Source: an uncultured Thermodesulfobacteriota bacterium (lineage in GTDB: Bacteria; Desulfobacterota; WTBG01). Taken from it: a stretch of DNA of 32,650 nucleotides. The notes beneath the pieces were generated by a model. It worked only from the letters and a program-made list of their open reading frames with translations. It had not been told where the DNA came from and searched no databases. This document shows positions 7,899 to 15,534 of the stretch, piece after piece (the first letter of the stretch is position 1; each line of letters opens with the position of its first letter). Where the stretch lies: the NCBI GenBank assembly GCA_964473235.1, contig CAYYOQ010000002.1:1-32650 (forward strand), given 5' to 3'. A program made the position numbers and the translations under genes.

Positions 7899-9407
7899 AT
7901 GGATGAGAGAGCATTAGCACAACCCATCGAGACTATACCCGCACCTTCCCGATTCAGAAATCCGATTGGGAAATATAAAATCAGGAGAAGCCCTGCCTGT
8001 AATGGCTGTGGGAGGTGTATCGAGTGTTGTCCCTATGGTGTGCATCAAAGAATAGGGAAAAAACTTGCCCGCCCTCAAGATTATAGATGTAGGGGCTTTT
8101 CCTGCAAGCAAAACCCATTTTACTGCATTGACCAGTGTCCTCGCAAGGCACTGAAGCTTGCCCTCAATCCTCTTGCTGAGGCGATGGGAGATTACCGCTG
8201 GACCGCTGATTTGATTATCAGTACCTGGCAGCAGGCGGAGACAGGGAAATTACCGGCAGGGGATATTGAATACGAAGTAGGTGATGCGGGCGGTGGATTT
8301 GATCAGATGAGATTTATCTTTCATGCGGCAGGAGCCAAGATTCCTCCAGAGAAAATCTCAACCAGCATCGAGCTGAATAAAAGAGATGATGGTCGTCCTT
8401 CGGTGCGCATTGAAGTACCTTTTTATGGAGGGGGAATGTCCTTTGGCTCAGTAAGTCTGCCCACCATCGTTGCCAGGGCAAAGGCGGCAAAAATCTGGAA
8501 CACCTTCACCTGTACTGGTGAAGGAGGATATCCTGAAGTACTGGTACCCTATGCGGACCATGTCATCACCCAGGTTGCCACTGGTCTCTTCGGAGTGCGA
8601 GAGCACACCATTCAGCGAGCAAAAATAGTAGAGTTTAAATATGCCCAGGGAGCCAAGCCTGGGCTGGGAGGGCATTTACTCGGTGATAAGGTCACCCCCG
8701 CAGTAGCCCAGATGAGGGAATCAATAGTAGGCAATGCGCTCTTCTCACCATTTCCCTTTCACAGTGTGTATTCTGTTGAAGATCACAAGAAACACGTGGA
8801 TTGGATTAAACACATTAATCCTCGGGCACTGGTGTCGGTAAAGGTTTCAACCCCTACGGATGTGGATATGGTCGCGGTGGGAAGTTACTATGCGGGCGCC
8901 CATATTATCCACCTCGATGGAAGTTATGGCGGGACCGGCGCTGCGCCCGATATTGCCAAAAAGAATATTGCCATGCCCATCGAATATGCAATCCCCAAAG
9001 TACATAAGTTTTTGATCAATGAAGGCATTCGCGATAACATAACTTTAATCGCCAGTGGTGGAATCAGAACCGCCTATGATATCGCCAAGGCAATTGCCCT
9101 TGGCGCCGATGGCGCGGTAACGGGAACTGCTGAGCTGGTTGCACTGGAATGCTTGCGCTGTGGCAACTGTGAAAGTGGTCGTGGCTGTGCACGAGGAATA
9201 GCCACTACCGATATGAAACTCAGCAATCTGATTGAAGTAGAATGGGGGACACAGCGCATTGTAAATCTCTTTACTTCCTGGAGAACTCAGCTGGTTGAGA
9301 TTCTATCCCGCTTGGGGATGCGTAGTATTAAAGAGCTCGTCGGAAGAACTGATTGTTTAAAGCACCTTGATTATACTAACGATGTAGTGATGAAAGCAGC
9401 CCCTTAG
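7899..9407 (+). CDS. gltB: Archaeal-type glutamate synthase FMN subunit (N-terminal ferredoxin domain plus GltB domain 2)
   Basis: 502 aa. Motifs: CNGCGRCIECCP, GGGMSFGS, YAQGAKPGLGGHL, LDGSYGGTGAAP, ASGGIRT, ECLRCGNCESGRGC. Confidence 0.9.
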   Translation: MDERALAQPIETIPAPSRFRNPIGKYKIRRSPACNGCGRCIECCPYGVHQRIGKKLARPQDYRCRGFSCKQNPFYCIDQCPRKALKLALNPLAEAMGDYRWTADLIISTWQQAETGKLPAGDIEYEVGDAGGGFDQMRFIFHAAGAKIPPEKISTSIELNKRDDGRPSVRIEVPFYGGGMSFGSVSLPTIVARAKAAKIWNTFTCTGEGGYPEVLVPYADHVITQVATGLFGVREHTIQRAKIVEFKYAQGAKPGLGGHLLGDKVTPAVAQMRESIVGNALFSPFPFHSVYSVEDHKKHVDWIKHINPRALVSVKVSTPTDVDMVAVGSYYAGAHIIHLDGSYGGTGAAPDIAKKNIAMPIEYAIPKVHKFLINEGIRDNITLIASGGIRTAYDIAKAIALGADGAVTGTAELVALECLRCGNCESGRGCARGIATTDMKLSNLIEVEWGTQRIVNLFTSWRTQLVEILSRLGMRSIKELVGRTDCLKHLDYTNDVVMKAAP

Positions 9408-9410
9408 ACA

Positions 9411-12044
9411 ATGAAAGACTATCTCTCCCCCTCAGCGATTCAACATATTCTTTTGTCTCGATCTAAGCTTGCCAAAGCTTATAAACCTCCTACTGCATAC
9501 AAAGCAGAAGAAGAAGGCGGTTGTGGCGTAACCGGTTTTGCCTGCAGCATCCCGGTGAGCGGTCGCCACATCTTTACACCCTCCATTCAAATGCATAATA
9601 GAGGAAATGGGAAAGGAGGAGGGATTGCAGCGGTAGGTCTTTCACCTGAAGGGTTAAGGGTTTCCCCCTCTCTTCTAGAAGAAGCGTATCTAATCCAGAT
9701 CGCCTATATTGATTCTCATATCCGAAAGGCTGTTGAAACAGAATGCATTAGTCCATTCCTTGAGGTGGCAAAAGCCGAAAAGATTCCCACCATTGATGAC
9801 TATAAGATGATTGAAGGTCTGGAGTCCAAACCTCCGGATGTGTGGCGATACTTTGCCAGAGTGAAAGAAAAGGTACTACAACAGTTCATAGAAGAACACC
9901 ACCTTGAAGAGCTACCCACTCCCAGGGCAGAAGATGAATTCATTCATCAAAACAGTTTCAAACTCAACCTAAAATTCTATGCCTCCCTTGGCGAAAAGAA
10001 GGCCTTTGTCTTATCCCATGGGCGCAATATGATGATTCTTAAGATCGTAGGGTATGCGGAACAAGTGGTACGTTATTACCAGCTTGATGATTTTCAAGCC
10101 CACATCTGGATAGCTCATCAACGCTACCCGACCAAGGGAAGAGTGTGGCATCCGGGCGGTGCGCATCCTTTCTGCGGAATGCATGAAGCCTTAGTCCATA
10201 ACGGCGATTTTGCCAATTACTACTCGGTTTCAGAGTATCTCAAGCAGAGAAATATCTACCCTCTTTTTCTCACTGATACAGAAGTTTCAATTCTCCTTTT
10301 TGATCTTTTGCACAGAGTGTATGGCTATCCCCTTGAATATGTTATCGAGGCACTTGCTCCCACCACCGAGATGGATTTTGATCTTCTCCCTTCTGATAAG
10401 CAGGAAATATACCGTGCCATCCAGGCAAGCCATATCCACGGTTCCCCCGATGGTCCCTGGTTTTTTATCATCGCAAGAAATGATTCCTATGAAAAGAAAC
10501 TACAGCTTATCGGGATCACCGATACCGCCATGTTACGACCTCAAGTATTCGCCCTCCAGGAAGGGAAAGTACAGATAGGGCTCATCTGCTCCGAAAAACA
10601 AGCCATCGATGCCACACTCCACAGCCTCTCCTCTGAGGATACAAGGTTCTGCCCCATTGCAGATAAATACTGGAATGCCCGGGGTGGAAGCTATACCGAT
10701 GGGGGTGCATTTCTTTTTACTCTCAAGCACAATGGTGATAAAGGGAATCAGATGTGCCTAACCTGTACTGATAAATTCGGCCGTACCATTTCCACTCTGC
10801 AAGGAAAAACACACTGGGATAGGAGCATTACGCTCACCGCACCTGCTAGTGCATCCTCGATTATGACCATGGTTGATGAAGGGCTTTACCAGAAAGATTC
10901 CACACTACTTTCACGTACCCTCAGTGACCACCTTAGCACCTGGGACTACCATACTATACTATGGTGCTGTGAGAGCCTGGTAGAAAAAGCGCACGCAGGT
11001 AACAACCATAAGGCAAAGATCATTGAACTCTTGACCTTGCTCATCGATCACCGCTATGACACTGGGACTAAAAAGAGAAGCTCTATACTGCAGATTGTAC
11101 ATGAACATCTCTATAAAGTGTTCCACTCAACACCCCCTTGTGGAACTGAGGGAACAGACCTTTACCGTTTCATTGATTACCATACCAGCACTACATTAGC
11201 TCCCCCTCAAAATTCTGGGCAGATCTTAATTATTCACGCCAAAGATTTTCCACCTGAAGGTGATCACAGTGATGCCCGGCTCATGGTCGATGCCTACCAG
11301 ATGGGATGGAAACAATTCATTGCCTTCGACTACCGGGGGCAGCGATTCTGTGGCTGTGGCTTAGGTCCTGATACTAAAGGAGTGCGCATTGATGCCTATG
11401 GGAGTTCGGGCGATTATCTGGGCTCAGCGATTGATGGAATGGAACTCTATGTCCACGGTACTGCCCAAGATCAACTAGGTCAAATTATGAAATCAGGGAA
11501 AATGGTGGTATATGGCGATGTGGGTCAAACCCTCATGTATGGTGCCAAAGGTGGTGAAGTGTATATCATGGGAAATGCGGCGGGAAGACCGCTGATTAAT
11601 GCAGTAGGACGTCCGAGAGTAGTTATCAACGGCACTTGCTTAGACTACCTAGCTGAATCTTTTATGGCAGGTGATCCCCTCCAGGGCGGTGGTTTTGTAG
11701 TTTTAAACGGAATTGAGTTTGATGAAAAAGGAACACTAAGAGAACAACCAACCCCTTACCCGGGTTCTAATCTTTTTTCGCTTGCCTCAGGCGGTGCAAT
11801 TTATGTGAGAGATCCCTATCAAAAACTGATGGCTGAACAGCTCAATGGTGGTGAGTTTGTCTCCCTCACCCCCGATGACTGGAACCTTATTCTTCCCTAT
11901 CTTAAAGAAAATGAACGGCTCTTTGATATATCCATTGAACGAGATCTCCTCACTACCAGGGGGAAATTAAAAGAGCCTCAGGAAATCTACCGCAAGGTGA
12001 GGGCAGTGAAGCTTGACGTATTAACTGAAGGAGAAGGAGAATAA
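9411..12044 (+). CDS. Fusion of the class II (Ntn) glutamine amidotransferase domain and the GXGXG (GltB C-terminal) domain of glutamate synthase
   Basis: 877 aa. The CGVTGF nucleophile Cys is at residue 38, implying a 37 aa propeptide as occurs in some bacterial GltB proteins. Other motifs: HQRYPTKG...HNGDFANY and a C-terminal VVYGDVGQTLMYGAKGGEVYIMGNAAGRP. A ~170 aa linker is unassigned. Confidence 0.88.
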   Translation: MKDYLSPSAIQHILLSRSKLAKAYKPPTAYKAEEEGGCGVTGFACSIPVSGRHIFTPSIQMHNRGNGKGGGIAAVGLSPEGLRVSPSLLEEAYLIQIAYIDSHIRKAVETECISPFLEVAKAEKIPTIDDYKMIEGLESKPPDVWRYFARVKEKVLQQFIEEHHLEELPTPRAEDEFIHQNSFKLNLKFYASLGEKKAFVLSHGRNMMILKIVGYAEQVVRYYQLDDFQAHIWIAHQRYPTKGRVWHPGGAHPFCGMHEALVHNGDFANYYSVSEYLKQRNIYPLFLTDTEVSILLFDLLHRVYGYPLEYVIEALAPTTEMDFDLLPSDKQEIYRAIQASHIHGSPDGPWFFIIARNDSYEKKLQLIGITDTAMLRPQVFALQEGKVQIGLICSEKQAIDATLHSLSSEDTRFCPIADKYWNARGGSYTDGGAFLFTLKHNGDKGNQMCLTCTDKFGRTISTLQGKTHWDRSITLTAPASASSIMTMVDEGLYQKDSTLLSRTLSDHLSTWDYHTILWCCESLVEKAHAGNNHKAKIIELLTLLIDHRYDTGTKKRSSILQIVHEHLYKVFHSTPPCGTEGTDLYRFIDYHTSTTLAPPQNSGQILIIHAKDFPPEGDHSDARLMVDAYQMGWKQFIAFDYRGQRFCGCGLGPDTKGVRIDAYGSSGDYLGSAIDGMELYVHGTAQDQLGQIMKSGKMVVYGDVGQTLMYGAKGGEVYIMGNAAGRPLINAVGRPRVVINGTCLDYLAESFMAGDPLQGGGFVVLNGIEFDEKGTLREQPTPYPGSNLFSLASGGAIYVRDPYQKLMAEQLNGGEFVSLTPDDWNLILPYLKENERLFDISIERDLLTTRGKLKEPQEIYRKVRAVKLDVLTEGEGE

Positions 12045-12064
12045 CCTACAGGTAAGGAGTAACC

Positions 12065-12787
12065 ATGGAACTCATTGATGCCATTACTGCCTGGATAAAA
12101 GAACAAGTAACGCTCGCTGGGGCAGAAGGGGTAGTAGTAGGGTTAAGCGGTGGGATTGATTCATCAGTAGTGGCAGCACTGGCAAAACAGTCCCTGGGTA
12201 ATCGGGTAGTAGGGTTGATTCTTCCATGCCGCAGTCCACAAGAAGATAGAGACGATGCGCAACTGATCGTTTCTCATCTCCAACTGGAAACATATACCTT
12301 TGAGTTAAGCCCAGTATATGATGCATTTATTACCGTGCTTCCTCCTGGTGATATAAAAATCAAGGCTAATATAAAACCCCGTCTTCGCATGATCATTCTT
12401 TACTATTTTGCCGGCATTAGAAATTATCTGGTAGCCGGCACTGGTAACAAAAGCGAAATTTCAGTAGGCTACTTCACTAAATATGGTGATGGTGGTGCAG
12501 ATATCCTTCCTCTCGGCGATCTGCTCAAATCAGAGGTAAGGTCAATCGCACGTGCACTGGCACTGCCTGAGAAAATCATTAATAAACCTCCCACTGCCGG
12601 CCTCTGGCCTGGACAAACCGACGAAAGTGAGCTTCAACTTACCTATGAGCAACTCGATCAGGCCATTATAAAAATTACCTCTCACCAGGTACAAGGGATA
12701 CCGCCTGAAATTCGATCACGTGTTGAAGCGCTTATGAAGCAATCCTTACACAAAAGGCTTCCTATTCCGGTATGTAAAGTTCACTAA
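12065..12787 (+). CDS. nadE: NH3-dependent NAD+ synthetase (short form, no glutaminase domain)
   Basis: 240 aa with AAGGAG SD upstream. Contains the SGGIDSS PP-loop and GTGNKSE...YFTKYGDG. Confidence 0.92.
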   Translation: MELIDAITAWIKEQVTLAGAEGVVVGLSGGIDSSVVAALAKQSLGNRVVGLILPCRSPQEDRDDAQLIVSHLQLETYTFELSPVYDAFITVLPPGDIKIKANIKPRLRMIILYYFAGIRNYLVAGTGNKSEISVGYFTKYGDGGADILPLGDLLKSEVRSIARALALPEKIINKPPTAGLWPGQTDESELQLTYEQLDQAIIKITSHQVQGIPPEIRSRVEALMKQSLHKRLPIPVCKVH

Positions 12788-12923
12788 AGGTAGGGTGATC
12801 TTTTCTTGAAAAGTAACTGAAAAGGGCTTCTATCGGTACCCCCTATGAATAATTCTGTTGATTCACCGTCTAAAAAATGGTAGTTATCTTTGGCTTGTTC
12901 AGATTACCTTGGCGGGATCTACC

Positions 12924-14195
12924 ATGGATACACAATCTACTAACTATAAGATAATGTACGAGAGAAACGTTAAATGGATTGAGGAAATCGTTACCCAGCA
13001 GAATGAGTGGAGGCACAATACCATCAATCTCATTGCCAGTGAAAATGTAATGAGCGAGCGTGCCCGCCGGGTGATGGGTTCTGATTTTGCCCACCGCTAT
13101 GCAGAAGGACACCCAGGAGAAAGGTACTATCAGGGTACCGATAAAATCGATGAGATAGAGAGTTGGGTGAAGCAGCAACTAAGAACACTGTTTAATTGCC
13201 AACACATAGAGGTGCGACCCATCAGTGGGACAGTCGCCAATGACGCGGTTTTTAGCAGATATATAATCCCCGGTGATGTAGTAATGGTAAACTCTACTCC
13301 CGGCGGAGGCCATATCAGCCATCATAAGTCAGGTTCTGTCGGAAAGTACACTAAGAATATAGTTGACTTCCCTCTCGCCCCCGATGGATACCATATCGAT
13401 GTTGAACAAACCCAACATCTCATTAAGAAGCTTCACCCCAAAGTGCTCATTTTGGGAAAAAGTCTCTTTCTCTTTCCAGAACCTATTACAGATTTGGTTG
13501 AAATTTGCAGGGATAATGAGGCAACTATTATCTATGATGCCGCCCACGTACTGGGCTTGATTGCCGGCAAGCAATTTCAAGACCCACTCACTGAAGGAGC
13601 AGATATTGTTACCGCAAGCACCCACAAGACTTTCTTTGGATCTCAAAGAGGTCTTATTATGAGCAATGTGGATACTAAAGAGTGGTGGAAAATTGATAAA
13701 GGTGCTTTTCCTGGCTCTTCCTCGAACCACCACCTTGACACGCTCGTGTCCCTGGCTATCACCATCTGTGAGATGCTCGTCTTCGCTGAAGAGTATGCAC
13801 AACAAACCATAGCTAATGCCAAGGCACTCGCCAGGAGTCTCTGTGAGCGTGGTTTTGAGGTGCAAGCCAAAGCGTTTGACTTTACCGAAACTCATCAGAT
13901 TGCAGTTGATGTGTCTGAGCTAGGGGGAGGAAATGAGGTTGCCCGCATCCTTAAAGAAAACGACATCATCCTCAACATGAATCTCCTTCCCTTTGAGCCT
14001 CTCGAGAAGGTTACCAATCCCTCAGGCATCCGTCTCGGAGTGCAGGAGATGACCCGATTTAGTATGAAAGAAAAAGAGATGGAGAACATTGCTGAGCTAT
14101 TCAAAAAGTGTCTCAAAGATGGTGTCTCAGTAAAAAATGAAGTGAGAGCATTAAGAAAAGCATTTCAGAAGGTACACTACTCATTTGATAGATGA
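12924..14195 (+). CDS. glyA: Serine hydroxymethyltransferase, archaeal-like subtype
   Basis: LIASEN, HRYAEGHPGERYYQG and the PLP-Lys motif THKTFFGSQRG (bacterial enzymes typically have THKTLRGPRG). The ATG at 12924 aligns with known N-termini. The ORF track begins at a TTG at 12858. Confidence 0.9.
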   Translation: MDTQSTNYKIMYERNVKWIEEIVTQQNEWRHNTINLIASENVMSERARRVMGSDFAHRYAEGHPGERYYQGTDKIDEIESWVKQQLRTLFNCQHIEVRPISGTVANDAVFSRYIIPGDVVMVNSTPGGGHISHHKSGSVGKYTKNIVDFPLAPDGYHIDVEQTQHLIKKLHPKVLILGKSLFLFPEPITDLVEICRDNEATIIYDAAHVLGLIAGKQFQDPLTEGADIVTASTHKTFFGSQRGLIMSNVDTKEWWKIDKGAFPGSSSNHHLDTLVSLAITICEMLVFAEEYAQQTIANAKALARSLCERGFEVQAKAFDFTETHQIAVDVSELGGGNEVARILKENDIILNMNLLPFEPLEKVTNPSGIRLGVQEMTRFSMKEKEMENIAELFKKCLKDGVSVKNEVRALRKAFQKVHYSFDR

Positions 14196-14230
14196 TCGCC
14201 AACCCAATCAATTGGCCTAGAGCACTTAGC

Positions 14231-14285
14231 TGTCTCTATCCCTCCGATCTCTTTCTCTTTCTTGGTATTTTCTTCTCTCTCCTAC
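14231..14285 (+). promoter_or_regulatory. Polypyrimidine (CT-rich) tract in the carA leader
   Basis: 55 nt, tgtctctatccctccgatctctttctctttcttggtattttcttctctctcctac, with about 8 purines. It is followed by mutually exclusive hairpins that share GGTAG at 14300-14304. Confidence 0.3.
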
Positions 14286-14355
14286 GAATTCTGGATTTCG
14301 GTAGTCATAGTGTATCACCCTACCTTTCACTGATAGTATTTTTACAGAGGCTCTG

Positions 14356-15522
14356 ATGGATGCGCTACTTGCGTTAGAAGATGGAAAAGTTTTTAGAGGA
14401 AGGTCCTTTGGTGCACCTGGTGAAAGAACAGGCGAGATCGTATTCAACACCAGCATGACCGGATACCAAGAGATCTTAACAGACCCTTCCTATAAAGGCC
14501 AGATTGTCGCCATGACCTATCCCCTGATTGGCAACTGCGGTGTTAATAGTGAAGACATTGAATCATCCACCCCCAAGGTAGAGGGGTTTGTAGTGAAAGA
14601 AGCAAGTAAAATTACCAGTAACTGGCGTGCGCTCCAAGGATTAGCAGAATACTTACGAGAGCATACCATACTAGGAATGGAGGGCGTTGATACGAGAACC
14701 CTCACCATGCACATTAGAACTTGTGGCGCCATGAAGGCGGTACTTTCTACCGAGTGTCTTGATGAAGCAACATTGGTAAAGAAAGCCCAGGATGCCCCAG
14801 GGCTCATAGGACGTGACCTGGTAAAAGAAGTTACCTGTCAGACGAGTTACCAATGGGGTGAGCAGAGAGGGGAAGCAAACGTTGGGAGGTGGGACGATAG
14901 CTCTCCTGCCAAAAAGAAAGTTGTGTATAAGGTAGTTGCACTTGACTGCGGCATCAAAACTAATATTCTACGAATGCTTGCCCGCTCAGGCTGTGAGATA
15001 ACAGTAGTACCTGCTCACATCCGCGCCGAAGAGATTTTCGCGCTCAATCCCGACGGTCTTATAGTGTCAAATGGTCCGGGTGATCCTGAAGGGATACCCT
15101 ATGTCGTAGAAACCGTTCGACAGTTGATAGGCAAGTTTCCCATCTTTGGCATTTGTCTAGGGCATCAGATTTTAGGGCTTGCCTTGGGGGGAAAAACCTA
15201 TAAGTTAAAGTTTGGTCACCGAGGCGCTAATCAGCCGGTTAAGGACCTTACTACCGAGAAGGTAAGTATTACCTCCCAGAACCATGGATTTTGCCTGGAT
15301 GGTAGTAGTCTTAATAAAGATGAGATTGAGTTCACCCATATTAATCTGAATGATCATACGCTCGAGGGAATGAGGCATAAGCGCTACCCGATCTTTTCTG
15401 TGCAGTACCACCCTGAAGCCTCACCAGGCCCTCACGATGCGAACTATCTCTTTGATGAATTTATTCGCTTAATGGAACAAGGGAAGATTCAATCTCATCT
15501 TCACACTGCCCAGGTGACTTGA
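14356..15522 (+). CDS. carA: Carbamoyl-phosphate synthase small (glutaminase) subunit
   Basis: 388 aa. Motifs: FNTSMTGYQEILTDPSY, GICLGHQ, QYHPEASPGPHD. Confidence 0.97.
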   Translation: MDALLALEDGKVFRGRSFGAPGERTGEIVFNTSMTGYQEILTDPSYKGQIVAMTYPLIGNCGVNSEDIESSTPKVEGFVVKEASKITSNWRALQGLAEYLREHTILGMEGVDTRTLTMHIRTCGAMKAVLSTECLDEATLVKKAQDAPGLIGRDLVKEVTCQTSYQWGEQRGEANVGRWDDSSPAKKKVVYKVVALDCGIKTNILRMLARSGCEITVVPAHIRAEEIFALNPDGLIVSNGPGDPEGIPYVVETVRQLIGKFPIFGICLGHQILGLALGGKTYKLKFGHRGANQPVKDLTTEKVSITSQNHGFCLDGSSLNKDEIEFTHINLNDHTLEGMRHKRYPIFSVQYHPEASPGPHDANYLFDEFIRLMEQGKIQSHLHTAQVT

Positions 15523-15534
15523 TAGAACACATCT

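Noticed and set aside
10210-10578. 122 aa same-strand alternate-frame ORF within the amidotransferase-GXGXG gene.
   Set aside because: The overlapping frame carries the conserved HNGDFANY-region amidotransferase motifs. The alternate frame has no features and no start context.
13329-13895. 188 aa antisense ORF inside glyA, plus smaller antisense or alternate-frame ORFs at 12870-13178, 13643-13870 and 13895-14116.
   Set aside because: It is fully embedded opposite a strongly conserved SHMT reading frame. It has no recognisable domain or SD, and its composition is typical of a shadow ORF.
14343-14356. ACAGAGGCTCTG near the carA SD, considered as a PyrR binding loop.
   Set aside because: It resembles only part of the PyrR consensus (CCAGAGAGG). 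It lacks the purine-rich terminal loop context, and no pyrR gene is visible.
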